Positions 26,983-41,025 of a stretch of 64,000 bases of DNA are shown here, one piece after another. Below the pieces are notes generated by a model that saw nothing but the letters and a program-made list of their open reading frames with translations, had not been told where the DNA came from and searched no databases. Position numbers and translations under genes: made by a program. Within the stretch, counting starts at the first letter, position 1; each line of letters begins with the position of its first letter. This DNA comes from Amoebidium appalachense (taxonomy: Eukaryota > Protista > Ichthyosporea): positions 11,064,468-11,128,467 of the forward strand of contig CAVNZM010000004.1 in NCBI GenBank assembly GCA_963693365.1, in the 5' to 3' direction.

Positions 26983-28924
26983 CATGCGCGCGTGCGTGTG
27001 TGCGTATGCGCCCACTACGTGCACGCGTTTATTCCCCCCCCCCCCCCCCCCCGCTTTTTTTTTTTGGGGGGGGGGGGGGGGGGGGATTTGAATGCGGAAC
27101 ACGGTACGAAGTACGCATACACGAAGGACACATGCAAAGGCAAACATCCAAGTATGCAACATAGCCATGTGCACAGTATGCGTCATAAGCAGAGCCCATC
27201 CTCAGGGAGGGCCCAAGTCACCAATTGCGTCTGAGTTTCGACCCCTTAGCCCGCGTATATACGACTCTCCAACTCAGACAGCAGCATCAACTGACCTTGG
27301 GAGGGTCAACCCGTCTTGATCAAAGACGAGCAGGGTTGCTTATGCAAGCAAGGTGAGCAAAATGGTGAATATGTGTGTGCAAACTAATGCAGTGCAGCGA
27401 AAAATGCATATGTGCTTACAGATGCACGACCCAGAAAACTATGCCCGGTTGCATGGAAGTGGGGGGGGGGAGGGGGGTTCAATGGAAACGTACCGACAAT
27501 GCACTGTGTTTTCTCCAAATTCGGAATCAACCCACTATCACACCCTCCGCACTGAGAATTGTTTGATCCGGTACACGTCAGCTGGTCTGGTAGGCAGTGT
27601 TCGATTGAGGCACATTTGTCACAGTCCGATTGGGCAGAGTTAAGGTGTGTGCCAATAGGGCACGTGCATGTGAAGGTGTTGGTGGATGTGCTCGTGCAGT
27701 TCCCGTTGAGACACACACCGTTGCAGGAATCTGTCGGTTTGAGTGGCACACGGTGTGAGGTTACGGTATTTTTGCAATATGGCAGGTAACAAATACTAAA
27801 ATTGTTACTAATAATAGTCTATAAGCCCATCCATACTTCCTTATATGTTTTGAGCCTTTTCAGAATAATTGTGCACATTGCTAATGGTTGTTCAGCTGTG
27901 CCAGACGGGAGGGGGGAGAAGGGGGGGGGGGGGGGGGGGAGGAGGAGGGAAGGGAAATGCAGAGTACACATGAAAAGAAGCATATTCACCTTCTCGAATA
28001 CTTTCCAATCCTTTGAACCCGGAATTGCTTTACGTACCTAAATAAAAACACCCATTCCCACGTTCTCTTTCTCTCTCTCTCTCTTTTTTTCTTGGATTAA
28101 TTTAGATTTTCTCGGACATAAGCCATGCCTAACTTTGCAATTCAATCGTTCGGCCCGAGTATTCCTGCGAGTTCAATATGTGAAACTTACGGAGGTCACA
28201 CGCCGTCCCATTCGAGTTCAGAATCCACCCGTTCTCACACTTGCTGCACTTCGAGTCACTTGGGCCGGTGCACGTCACAGGGTTCGAAATGCAGTGGGGA
28301 ATGACGGTGCAATTGTCACAGTCCGACTTGGCAGGGATGAAGTATGAGCCAGCAGGACAGGCGCACGTGTAGGTGTTGGCAGATGTGATGGTGCAATTGC
28401 CGCTGAAACACACACCGGAGCAAGGATCTGCGGGTGTAAATGGTGTAAGATTTCGAGGTTTTACAGGCCCCGGGGCATAGAAAACAAGACAAAACAAAAC
28501 AAAACAAAACAAAACCAAAAAAAAACAAAAAAAAACAAAACAAAAAAACCCTTGTTATTATATATAATACCTCCACATGCGATATATATCATGTACTTTC
28601 GTTATCTATATATGTATCTTGTTGGGTGGGAATATTGTTAGCCTTGGTGCCGGCACCTTATTACATATAGCTCACATACATCGCGTTAACTAACAGCACA
28701 CTCCCCCCCAAAAGGGTGTGGGTGATATAAAATTTAGAGGTTTAACAACAAACGACAATATCACTGATTGCATTTTCAGTCTTCGCAAAAAGCAATGACT
28801 TCATCGCAAGCATATTTTGTCAGGAAAAAGATGGCCGAGAACTTAGGTGGCATGATTGTTTTCCTTCTCTTCCTTTCTTTCTCTCTTTTTTCTTCTTCTT
28901 CTTTTTCTTTTTCTTTCTTTTTTT

Positions 28925-28955
<31 letters not shown>

Positions 28956-30013
28956 GGGTTGGGAAATCCCAATTCGCTCAATGCAATATATAATGGTGTG
29001 TTTGGATCCCCTCCCCCTCCCCCCCCTCCCGGTGTGCCAAGCGCCATTCCTCGTCATTCAAGTGTAACAGTTCCCAAAATGTAACAGCAAAATCCAACAC
29101 AATTTGATCGGCCAGTCTACCATGTAAAAGCCGTAGACGAAACCTACCGACTACGCATGCGGTATGTTCTGCATTACGCAACCACCCGCTCATACACGCC
29201 AAGCACTTGGAGTCCTTGGGTCCGGTGCATGTCATCTGCGTGCAGTATTGAAGAGGGGTGCATTTGTCGCAGTCGGATTTGGAAGAGTTGAAGTATGAGC
29301 CAGCAGCACAACTGCACGTGTAGTCGGTGGCAGACGTGTTGGTGCAATTGCCATTGGCACACACACCGATGCAGGGGTTTGCTGTGGATTTGAGTGTGAA
29401 AAGGCTTAATCTTTGGAACTATGGTAACGAGCATCTAGTTTCGAAGTCAAGTATTGGATCGTCTATGGTGATCACATGCAAAACAGATCATTTTGCTTGT
29501 TAGATACCACCCAGCCTGAGGCTGCCCCACGACCTGCCATAAAAGATGTACATTGATTTAATTTGGCACAAAACAAACAGCTATGTAAACAAGGAAACCA
29601 ACTGAGCAATTGTTGTGTCGAAGTTTAAGCATGGCTGATGCAAACATGTACAGGGGTATAGACTTACCATCCACACAACCACTTTTGTCTGCATTTGGTT
29701 TCCAGCCGTGCTCACACTGGCTGCATGTGGAGCTATAAAACCCAGTACACAGCAGGGCATCACTCAGACAGTGGGCGATGGTGGAGCAATTATCACAGTC
29801 CTCCTTTCCATAATCGAAATATGTGCCGTTAGAACATCTGCACGTGTAATCAGTGCCATTGGAGGTGAGGCGACAATCACCGCCCACACAAACCTTGGAG
29901 CAGTAGTCTGGTTTGGGTGATGGTGATGTCAGACATCGAGCTTGCAGGGACAGGAATCGGTTCAATGTATGTAGCAATTTATCATACATATCTCATCTAC
30001 TCTGCCACTGCCA

Positions 30014-30049
<36 letters not shown>

Positions 30050-31242
30050 ACACACACACCATCTTTTGTTTTTTCACTACTATGAAAATTCTTGTATAAC
30101 CTTAAGTTTCATTAACGTGATGTCATTAGTTGCTTCCATGCAAATGCTTTTCCATTTATCCTTCTCTGTCCTCCCCCCCCCCCCCCCCCCCCCTTTTTTT
30201 TTTCGTCCACAACGCCCCTGAGGGGCCCCATCACAATGATTATTAGTATTATTCTTAAAAGTTATCGTATACCGAGGACGTAGTTATTCTTTTCTCTCAT
30301 CTCGTATATCTTTGTTCATATGGATTAAATATGAATATAAAGATAATTCTTTGAACGAAGTTTTCCATGCCATGATTCACCTCATACTGGATATGCAAGC
30401 TGCCAGTCCCCCCTCTCCTCTGTCCCCTTCCCCCCCCCCCCCCCCCCCCCCCCGCCCCCCCGTCCCAACCACCCACACAAAAACACACACACATTGATGG
30501 TGAAGGTCCTCGCAATCGCTTAAAGCTTTACACCTCCCCTTGGCTCTTATTCTCCTGTTGGTAAGTGGCATGTATGGGGGTATCAGGCATTCATTTGGCA
30601 ACCATCTAATAAAACAATGAGTAATGTTATTGCAGATTGCAAGAAAAAGTTGAGTCCGATATAATCTCAAATGCAATCACACCACACGTCGATTTCGTGT
30701 ACCTACCAATCCAGCACTGTGTCGAATCGGGATTCGGATAATACCCTTCAAGACAAAGCCCACAAGTTGAGTTTTCTGGGCCCGTACAACGGAGCATCCC
30801 GTCTTTGCAGGATTGAATGGGTGTACAGGTCACACAGTCTGTACTTGTGCTGGTACTAGTTCTGTTCGGATATTGACCGGGGGGGCATTCTTGGGCACCT
30901 GTGGTGGTGGGTAGCATGTTATGATCACATGAAAGGCAAGCCAAACCACGCCCTGAGACAAACAGACAAATATTATGCAGCATTGGGGGCTGAATCCGAT
31001 CACATGCATGAGAGGGCGTATGTCGTGGTATTACCACAAATCTCCTGCATTACACAAAGTGCGTTGACGTTCACTGGCAGGGCTAGCCTGGTTTTATCTA
31101 GTCAATCAGTCTCCTTGTGCCATCACTTAACGGGCAAAAAATGATTGGAGGACTGCATGGAATGGTACGTACCCACTGGTGGCAGTAGGTGTGCCCATAG
31201 TGCCACGGAAAGCGGCAATAAAACAGATGCAAATCTCATCAT
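22072..31242 (-). CDS. Cys-rich EGF-like/CxxC-repeat cell-surface protein (13 exons), paralog-like to 12011-19413
   Basis: Exons 31242-31173, 30898-30707, 29907-29668, 29381-29148, 28427-28191, 27730-27494, 26536-26312, 25563-25444, 24808-24689, 24113-23855, 23485-~23369, 23027-22908 and 22295-22072, all phase 1. Signal peptide [25 protein letters not shown]; hydrophobic end [16 protein letters not shown]. One extra base in the homopolymer at 24012-24019. Confidence 0.85.
24223..24555. repeat. Intronic tandem duplication of ~165 bp
   Basis: ACGTCCTCCT...CCCGGCCCCTTCCCTGAACT...AGAAAATTAGACAA...GGGGAACAAATGGGGAATCATAA occurs twice. Confidence 0.8.
27086..27352 (-). mobile_element. Poly(C)-ended retroposon copy, subfamily B
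   Basis: Minus strand reads GCATAAGCAACCCTGCTCGTCT...GGGCCCTCCCTGAGGATGGGCTC...CTTCGTACCGTGTTCCGCATTCAAAT(C)n. Confidence 0.75.
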
Positions 31243-32702
31243 CACAGACGGCTTGCCCAGCCTATGTACTTCAAAAAATGTAATACAGATCGAGTCACGC
31301 TAGTGCTGTTGTAGAGTTTAGCAAGTCCGTGCCGATCGCGAGTTTAGTGCGGCACAGCTGCCGTGTTGTAAACCTCTATACTAATTAATGGAAATGAATG
31401 ATGTGTCTTTCTTGATAAATAGCATTTCTTGTAGATACCCAAACCTTATGCATGCAACTTTATGCATGTGTGCAGATCATGTGCATGGAGCTCTGAGCAG
31501 TTGTAGACAGGGTAAGTTAGGCCCACACTGCACTCTTCAACTGTTCAAGTTCCAACCTGTAGACTATGAATGTCGAGTGTTTTTAAGTGTTCCAGCTCGG
31601 GCTGTTCCTTGTCTGTATGCTTCTGTGTTCGTTATGACAAGTTGTGTATCCCTACTACAACGTCCCGAATATGGAAGCTTCGAACTAGTTTGGGATCATG
31701 TATCACATATGCATCGAAATATGTCTAAGGTTGATAATTATTCTTTGTGTCCACGGCGGTTGTGATCACGAACTTCTGAGAAATAGCGTAGCGACGTCTG
31801 TTTTGAACTACACTTTGCTTATAAGAAGCTGCCATATATAACCACGTATAAAATTGTTCGCGCCCGCGCACACAACCACCCCCTCGCTCAAAATCCTGCT
31901 CGTAGCACAAGTTCGCACCGCGCGGGGACCCGATTTCGGTTGAATCGGTTCACCGTCCATCTGAGTCTGATTGGCTACGCGGTGAGCCGCTCTAAATGCG
32001 TATCTGGCCAATCAAAAGGCTCAAAGATGGCCACAGGGTTCGAAATTTTGGTTTGGTGCCGCCGGCGCCCAGCGGACGGAAACGAAGAAAACGACTGACT
32101 ACAGACAGAGCACAAAGCGGTTGGACGATGGCAAGGAATATGAATAAAAAATAATTGCTTGCGAGCTCGGAAACCGTTAGAGTAGAGCTGCCTAGGCTGC
32201 ACACGTGTGCACATGTTTGAGGGAGAAGGGGGCAAATTCTTGCAAAGCAGAATGAGGCTTTAGCAAACAGGCAGTACATAATAATTGTTGCTCGGTGGCC
32301 GTCAGTCTTGACTGCACACACTTGCACGCATATACATGCGCACGGCAAGAAGAAAATTCAGGCAACTAAACATGCCTTCTAATTAAGTTTCAAAAGTCCC
32401 AATTCATGCACAACGTGGTCCCTCCCAGCCCTTCTCAAACCAGATGCAAGGCTGATGCAAGGCCCAAAAACAAACCAAAACCGTGGTTTATGTAAATGTC
32501 CTAGGTGGTAAACGATACATCTTATTGTTGCCCAAGCAACGGATGCACCACGCGCGGCGGGGAGGGGGGGGGGGGGGGGGGGGGGGAAGGGGGAGAGAGA
32601 GAGAGAGGGAGGGGGGGGGAGAGGGGAGGGGGAGGGCGGGGGCCGGACAACATGAACACGGAAGGAAGCAATGAAGCCCCATACCCTCCCCCCCCCCCTC
32701 CC

Positions 32703-32761
<59 letters not shown>

Positions 32762-33037
32762 CCCCCCCCCCTCCCCCCCCCCCCCCCCCCCCCCCCCGGG
32801 CGGCCAGTTCTTTAGCTGCCGTGTTTGGGCTTTTGAGTTCGACACCTCCTTTTGCGCCCATGTTCACTCCAACAAGCCTACTACTGCCCACAGTCACGCA
32901 GTGAGCAAGAAAGTTCAAAAGCTGGAACGTCCAGAGAACAATAAATTATTGCAAAGAACCATACCGAAGATTTCCTGCGGATGATCTTGAGGCTGGTGAC
33001 AGGGTTTCCATATCCGACATAGCACACAGGGCAGCAA

Positions 33038-34265
33038 TCAACCATCATGTGTTGGTGCCTTGCAAAAGTAGCTGTCGGCAGGTGGCCCCTTGATTTCGCC
33101 TACCACCAGTGATTTATTTTCCTGCACGAGGGGAAAAAAAAAGAGAGAGAGAGAGAGGGGGGGGGGGGGGGGGGGGGGGTTGGAGGGAGGGAGGGGGAGG
33201 AAGGGGGAAGGCGGGAGAATGGAGCCAGGGGAAGGGAGCAAGAGGTAAGTGGGTGAATAGAGCATCAGGCATCATTTTTGGCACACAGGTACCATTTTTG
33301 GCACACAATCACATGGGCACAATGGAAGTGCATACGAGTCATAGCTTTGGTATACAAACACGTGCGAGTCAGAGGGATGCAAACACACTCTTCAACGGTA
33401 AGCAGTGCGTAGGAAGGAAACAACAATGCCCATACTTGACACGCATCAATCCACCATCAAGAAAACGCAACATCAACAACACAATACAACCATCACCGTT
33501 CACCAAAATAAAAAAGAAAACCACCAATCACCATGCTGCAACCCACCTTATCCCAAGTAAGTCCCATGAGTGGCATGTAGTACCTCAGTCTGCGCGCATG
33601 CACCTCCCTTCCCCTGCTTGCTGCAAGCCATGCAAGCAGGTGGGGGGTGGTCGTCTGCTCCCCGGCAGTGGCACGTTGGGTAATGTATGTGCGAATCGCC
33701 TGAATATCACTATCCGTAAAAACACGGTGTGGTGATGGCTTCTTACCCTGTGTGTATGTAGGAGGTTAAAATCATATAATGAGGGGTGTTGAGAGGGGAT
33801 GGGAAGGGAAAGGGACAGGGGCATAATGATGGTGATAATGGTGTTAACAACGACGTGGGGAAAGAGCAGAACAATTGCAGACGGGAGGGGGGAGGGGGAG
33901 GGGGGGGGGGAGAGGTGGGCCAAAGGGAGAAGGCAGAAGGGCGAGGGGGGTGTGGGCTTTAGAAAGAGGGGATAAACAGATTGGAGTTGCAAGTTGAACA
34001 AGTGGCACTGTGGCAAAGCGCCGAAAAAGCCAACAAAACCACTCTCGTTCCCTGCCCCCTCCCTCCTCCCTCCCCCAACCATCTCCACGAAAAAGGAAGG
34101 GGTTGGCAGAAGCAGAATGGAAGAAAACTTGACAAGTGAAGTTAGTGAAGAAAGCCAGCAAGGGTGTAACCAGAACAACGTTATCCATAACAGAAGACGG
34201 GGGAAGGGGGGGGGGGGGGGGGGGGTAGGTCGTGGTGTTGGTGGTGTGTTTGTATGTGTGGATGT

Positions 34266-34296
<31 letters not shown>

Positions 34297-34562
34297 GGGG
34301 GAAGGAGGAAAATGGGAAGGGGGAAAGGGCAAGAAACCCCACTGGAGGAAGGCGGGAGAGTAGAAAGACAGCACATACCCTGTTTTCTGGTTGTGGTTCA
34401 GGTGCCTTACCACCCTCTTCCCTCCGCTCCCTGACCAATGAAAGCACTCTGTTTCTGCCCACACAGCACAAATGGCCTGTTCGTGCGGCTGCAATCTCCG
34501 TACACGACAGGGAACGGGTGCCGGATGCTGGTGCTGCCTGTGTGTGTTTGTGTGCTTGTGGT

Positions 34563-34600
<38 letters not shown>

Positions 34601-34728
34601 GGGCGGGGGAGTGAGACCGAAAGAAAGGGAAAAACCCGAGGTGCAAAGGAGAACAGATAACGGGGGGGGGGGGGGGGGGGGGGGGGGGGAAGGGTACAAG
34701 GGCGGGTTCGATACATTTAAATGTACGT

Positions 34729-34780
<52 letters not shown>

Positions 34781-35856
34781 CACAAACACAAACACACACA
34801 CGCGCGCGCGCGCAACACACACAGACACAAAACACACATGCACACACACACACACACACACACAGGGATGGAGGTAGGAGAAGGAGAGAGAGAGAGAGAG
34901 ACCACAGAGACGGGATAGGGAGCGAGAGAGGGAGATCTTGAGGGAGGGAGAGAAGGGGGAGGGGGAGGAGAAAGAGAGGGGGAAGGGGAGTGTGTGTGTG
35001 TGTGTGGTGGGGGGGGGGGGGGGGGGGGGGGGTGGAAGAGAGAGGGGGCGAAGGGGCCGCGGGGGTGGGGGGAAGGGTGTGGAACTTAAAGGGGAGGAGA
35101 GAAGGAAGAAAGGAGGGGAGGGGGCAGGGCCCGGGGGTTCATGATCAGCCGGGGGGGAGGGGGGCGGAGAGAGAGAATGGAGGGGGTGGGTGGTGGGCGG
35201 TGGGTGAGATGATTGGGAAGGTGGCAGGGTGAGGGGGCGGGGAGGCGGGGGGGAAGCACTTGTAGGATGTTACCGCTTGCCCACAGTGGACACAAAACAA
35301 TATACGACCGAGAAACCCATACCTGTGTGGCTGCAACAGTTCCCTTTTCCTTTTGCTCCCTCTTCACCTCAGCAAGCGTCCGCTGGTAAACATTGACTAG
35401 GAGACTTATTTCTTCACCTGTTAAACGTCTCTTCTTTCTGATCTCTGGGGAAGGGGCTGGCGTGTCCCTACTACTACCCTTGGTCTTATTTGACTTTGCT
35501 CTCCGCCCTTTATGTTCTCTTCCTAGCGTTAAAGCGTTTGCTTGCAAGGTAGGGGAGCTAGCTGATTGAAGCTGCGAAGTATTGACGTAATTTCCATCGA
35601 AAACGCCTTCACTCTCGCCTAGCGTAAAGGTATACTCTCCTGTTAGTTCTAAAGGATCAAGGGTGGAATGATGAAAATGGCCTACACTTGATTGGGCAGT
35701 ACCCAACCCTCTACTGTTTGTGCCAGTGCCAGTGAAATTGCTTGAATGTGCGGAGATGCTTGTCACCGCACTTGGTTGTACCGTTATGGACGGGAGTTCG
35801 AAAGAAAAGGCTTGCAAGAAAGAATCTCCCTCCAGCTCCCGTGTTGATGAACCCAT
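33038..35856 (-). CDS. Protein with IS630/Tc1-transposase-like HTH DNA-binding region and no DDE domain (possible domestication)
   Basis: Exons 35856-35323, 34537-34379, 33747-33547 and 33121-33038 join in phase 0: ...KKRRLTGEEISLLVNVY.../...RTGHLCCVGRNRVLSLVRE...PENR/GKKPSPHRVFTDSDIQAIRTYI...TTPHLLAWL...RRLRYYMPLMGLTWDK/ENKSL...DG*. Confidence 0.65.
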
Positions 35857-36779
35857 TTTTGATAGATAAACCTTGTGGGTGCCCGGCTAGATGCTTCTCA
35901 TGCTAAAAAAGGCCTTAATGCAACAGGGATGCGAGAGGACCTAGGGTAACATGAATAAGGGGGAGTGGGGATGGATAGCTGAAGTTAGCTACACTTAGTT
36001 GAAAGAATTCTACCTCCCTAATAAAAAAATCAACGGTTTCTTCCTTGACTTGGGTCCGAGAGTTGTCCTTTACTCGGAGATGGCCGCCAACGGGCGCATG
36101 ATGACATAATAGTACTTACCGGCACATTATCGGTTTGGAACGTCTTCTTTCATTGGTGTAGCAGTAAAAGGATAACCATATATAGGTTAAACAAGTCAAC
36201 ATTTCGTTTAACGTATTATGATTGGTTTTATGTCATAGAGCTGGTATGCCCGGGGCGACGCCTAACAATTCCAAACTGCACTTTTGAGTCAGCATTTTGG
36301 GCAGGCGGGCTCAGTTTGCTCCAAGTTCATAGTTTTTCTTGTATCATAAGTGTTTACCATTCCTGTTATGCATTTTTAAATCTTATGTGCTTTCAACCTT
36401 TGGGTAGCGCCAACAAGGCATGTCAAGTTTCGTGTGGCATTTCTGTGGCTACCAAATTCTTCTGATAGTGGATTTTGACGGTGGGGAAGGGGTGACGTTA
36501 GGTGTGAATGCCATGGTTGCCTCTTCCCGGTTGAAGATTTGCTAGTGGTCAGAGGGACTGGGCGGTGGTGATGGCTTGGGGAAAGAGGGTGGGAGGGGGA
36601 TGAGGGGTGGGGTGCGCATGTGTGTGTAAGGGTTGGTGGGGGGAAGAAGGGGGGGGGGGGGGGGGGGGAGGAGGGGGGAGGGGGGGAGAGAGGGGGAGAT
36701 CTGAGTTGGGTTCTTAGGCGCTATAGTAGCTGACCTCTTGGGGTTGTCTCTGCAGTTCTTTCCTTTTCAACTAGACACA

Positions 36780-36838
36780 ATGGCTACTGCAGATGCGTCT
36801 TTTGAGGTGAGCTTACCCCCCCCCCCCCCCCCTCTTCC

Positions 36839-36877
<39 letters not shown>

Positions 36878-38273
36878 CTACGGAAGTTCCTTTCAGCCAC
36901 CTCTTGTGCCAGGTGCGCTTGGGCTCTTTTTTGTCCTTGTCTGTACTCCAATAATACTTGTCACTTCCCCCCCCCCCACCCACCCCTCCCCGCACCCTCG
37001 TTCATGTTGTAGCCGACTTCACTTTCTCTTCGACCTACCTTTTGCTCTTTTACTCACTCAGACCAGTCGTAACTCCTCCAGACTCACCCACATCTTGCTT
37101 CTCCCTTTTCCCATCTTAGGAGGCTGTAGCTCAGCTGCAGTCCATGTTTGAGGGAGTGGAGCGAGACATTATCGAGTCTGTTCTAAGGGCAAACGGCAAC
37201 GACGTCAGCGCTGCGTGTGACAGCCTGCTCGAGATCACTGGTGCTGCACCGGGTATGTTTGTGTGCGTGTGTGTGTGTGTATGTGTGTGTGTGTGTGTGT
37301 GTGCACGTGTGTGTGTGTTATTGTTGTGTGTGCCTATGTGAAGTGGGCTCAGGGATGTGGGTTGCTTGTGTGTTGCTGCATGCCCAGCTTGGCAGCTGTC
37401 GCCATGCTTATTTTGCTCCTTGTTGCTTGCTGTTGGCATGTGGCGTTGGGCAAGATATTAAGGCGAATTGAGCTGGGCTTACTGCACACACACAAGCACA
37501 TATACACTGTCGAGCAAAGACATCCTATGTACACGGTTGACTTTCAGCGATTCACAGCAGCCAGTCTGTTATCGTTCCGATCATACACATATGTACTGAC
37601 AACATCTTTCTGACCCCCACACGAATCTACAGCCAAGCCGCCTGTCCCTGAAAATACCGGTTAGTCTCTCCACTCCTCCCCCCTCCTCCCCCTCCCCCCC
37701 CCCCCTCTTCTTTGGGCCCTCCCTGAGAATGGGCTCTGCTAACGACGCATACTGTGCGCATTGCTAATGTTGCATACTTGAATGTTTGCCTTTTCATGTG
37801 TCCTGCACTATGCTTCTCGTCGTGTATATGTACTTCGTACCGTGTTCCGCTTTCAACCCCCCCCCCCCTCCCCCCTGTCTGCCCTGTTTTTGTTTTGCAA
37901 AAAGCGGCATTGTGCTGTCCGCTGTGGATGTGTACTTCGTACTCTGTAACCTTCCCCTCCCCTCCCCCTCCCCCCCCCCCCCCCTCCCCCCCCTCCCCCC
38001 GGCGCTTGCCCCGACTTTCCCCGCGCGCGTGTGTGTGTGTGATTGGGTGGTTGCCTTTTTTTATGGGGAGGGGGGGGGAGAGGGAGAAGGAGGGGCACGG
38101 CAGACAATGTGCCGAGCCCGGACATGGGCCAGCTGCTATGACCCCCTTCCATTTCTTGCATTTGTCTTTGGTGTGTGCAGTTCATTTTCTACTTGTGGTG
38201 CGCTAGCAAGCACCCATCTTCCAAAGCACACTTTCCGATATGCCCCCTCCCCCCCGATAAATGTTCCTCGTAT

Positions 38274-38322
<49 letters not shown>

Positions 38323-38457
38323 TTCCCTGCCCTCCTTCTCCCTGGTTGCCTTTTTTGCCCCGTAGTCTTCTTCGGAATTCTGACACTTCTGTTTCACCCA
38401 CAGTGCCTGCCCAGGTATGTTAACGCGGCAACATTTTCGCTCAGGCCAAGCTGCCAT

Positions 38458-38496
<39 letters not shown>

Positions 38497-38998
38497 AGGG
38501 GATCGCCACCTCGTGTGCCTTCACCGACCATGCCGAGTACCCTCCTATTCGCAGCCTCTCCTTCCCCTTCCCTCTAAAACCCCCCTCAACCCTATCCCAG
38601 AGGAGGAAAAAAAAAGAGAGAAAAGAAAAAATCTTGTCTGGCTGCCCCTGTCCCTTAATCTGCTATGCTCTATGACGTCACACAGTTGCAATCTCGACCT
38701 CCCCCTCTTTCCCCCCCCCCTCCCCCCCCATCCTCCCCCCTCTCCCCCTCTTCTCCTCCGCTGCTCCCCTCTCCCCTGTGCCCTGCCCTGCCTCCGGTGT
38801 CCCTTGTTGTTAGGACGTGACCCTAGGGAGACGTGTGCATTTGATTTGTGGCAAAACCCAAATCACAAGTCATAGCCGTGAGAATGGGTTATGGGGTTGC
38901 TCACTTGAATTATATGGCAGGAGACCGATGAAGAGATGGCTCGCCGTCTGCAGATGGAGGAGGATGCAGGTATGAAGCCACCAACCCCTCCTCCCCCC

Positions 38999-39055
<57 letters not shown>

Positions 39056-39887
39056 AAAAGAAATTGAAAAACTGCAACGCGCACAACCTAAGTCTGCAAC
39101 AAATCACGCATGAATATTAAAGGCGAAAGGAATTGTTTAATCGATGTGTTGCACACACATCGAGTAGAGACAGTCAAGTGTGTGGGGGGGATATACCCAC
39201 CTGGTTTTATATGAAACTTAGTGGCAACCCCCCCCCTCCTCCCCCCTCCCTCTAGGCCCTCTCTGAGGATGGCCCCTGATGATGTTGTACGCTGCGAGTG
39301 TTGCTAATGCTGCACACTTGAACCCCTGCCTTTGCATGTGTCCTGCACCGTGTTTCTTATTGAGTAGTTGTGCTTGCTTCATGCCGTGTTCTGCATTCTA
39401 ACAAACCCCCAGACGGGTGACCTACTCATGTTCAAGTGAAACAGTATCTGAGTTGGGTTTCGTTAACGAGGGGAATAGGTCGAAACTCGGGTACTGTGGA
39501 TGACGTGGGCCCCCCCTGAGGATGGGCTCTGCTTATTATGCATACTCTTTATGTATGGCTTGCATTCTGCATCGTGTTATCCGTTTGTTCTTGTGTACTT
39601 CGTACTTTTTGACGCATTCAAACCCCCCCCCCCCCCCCCCCCACCACCATTACCACCAACACCACCCTCCACCTTCCCCCCCTCCCCCTCCCCCTCCCGC
39701 CCTCCTCCTCCTCCCCCCCCCCCCCTTAATAGCCGTACACCAGCAACAGAGGCAGCCTGCTGCAGCCCCCGAGCCCGACTTCATCGACCAGACTATCGAC
39801 ACCATTACTACATCAGTGCATGGCCTGAAGGAGGGTAAGGGGGTCTATGTGTATGTGTAACTGTGTTAGGTGTGGATGGGTATGCGC

Positions 39888-39930
<43 letters not shown>

Positions 39931-40541
39931 TGGGGGGGGGGGAGGGGGGGTCACGTTTGGGTGGGCGGAGAGTTGGGTGGGGTGGTGGGTGGATGAGTGT
40001 GTGTGTGTTGGGCGGGCGGGGGGGAGGGGGGGGGGGGGGGGGGGGGGGACGAAGGGGATGGGGGAAAAACTTCTGCAAACGGCAGTAGAGAAGGAGAAAG
40101 GCAGGGTGGGCGGGGAGAGAGGGGGGGGGGGGGGGGGGGGGGGGGGGCTTTGTCGGGTGTGTGTGTGTGGGGGGGGGGGGGGGGGAGTGGATGGGGGTCT
40201 ACACATGATACGAGTGTGAGAAGAAATGAAGATAACCGGCAGGATGAGTGACGCACGAAAAAATAGCTTGTGTCTATTTGGAAGGAGTTTTAGAATGTAG
40301 CTTGGGGGCCAGGTGGGAGGGGGGGGGAGGGGAGGGGGGGGGGACGTTCTTTGGGGGGGGGGGGGGGGGGGGGGGTTATAACGAGGATTTTTATTTGCAT
40401 TCGTGTGTGTGTGTGTGTGTGTGGTGGTGGTGGTGGTGTTGGTGTGTGTGTGTGTGTGTGGTGGTGCTGGTGGTGGTGTGTGTGTGTGTGTGTGTGGTGG
40501 TGGCGGTGGTGATGGTGTGTGTGTATGTGTGTGGTGGTGGT

Positions 40542-40582
<41 letters not shown>

Positions 40583-40625
40583 TGGTGGTGGTGGTGTGTG
40601 TGTGTGTGTGTGTGGTGGTGGTGGT

Positions 40626-40662
<37 letters not shown>

Positions 40663-40991
40663 TGGGTGGGTGGGGGCTGCTGGTGGTAGAGGTTGATTAT
40701 TATGACTCGTTTCCTTTTGTCTTTTTTCCTTCTTTCTTTTTTTTTTTCCCCTTTCCTTTTTCTCCCTCTCTTTCTCACTCTGCGCTTATCCCATTCTCTC
40801 TCCCGCAGCTGCCACGGCCAAGTGGAACAGTCTTGTGTCTTCGTTCAACAGCGACACCAAGCAGGAGGAGGCCAACACCCCCGGCCTGCACAAGACCTCG
40901 TAATGACACCCACTCACTCTTCTCTCTCTCTTTCTCTCTCTCTCTCTCCCCCCTCCCTCCCTCCCTCCCTCCCTCCCGCCCTCTGTCACTC

Positions 40992-41025
<34 letters not shown>

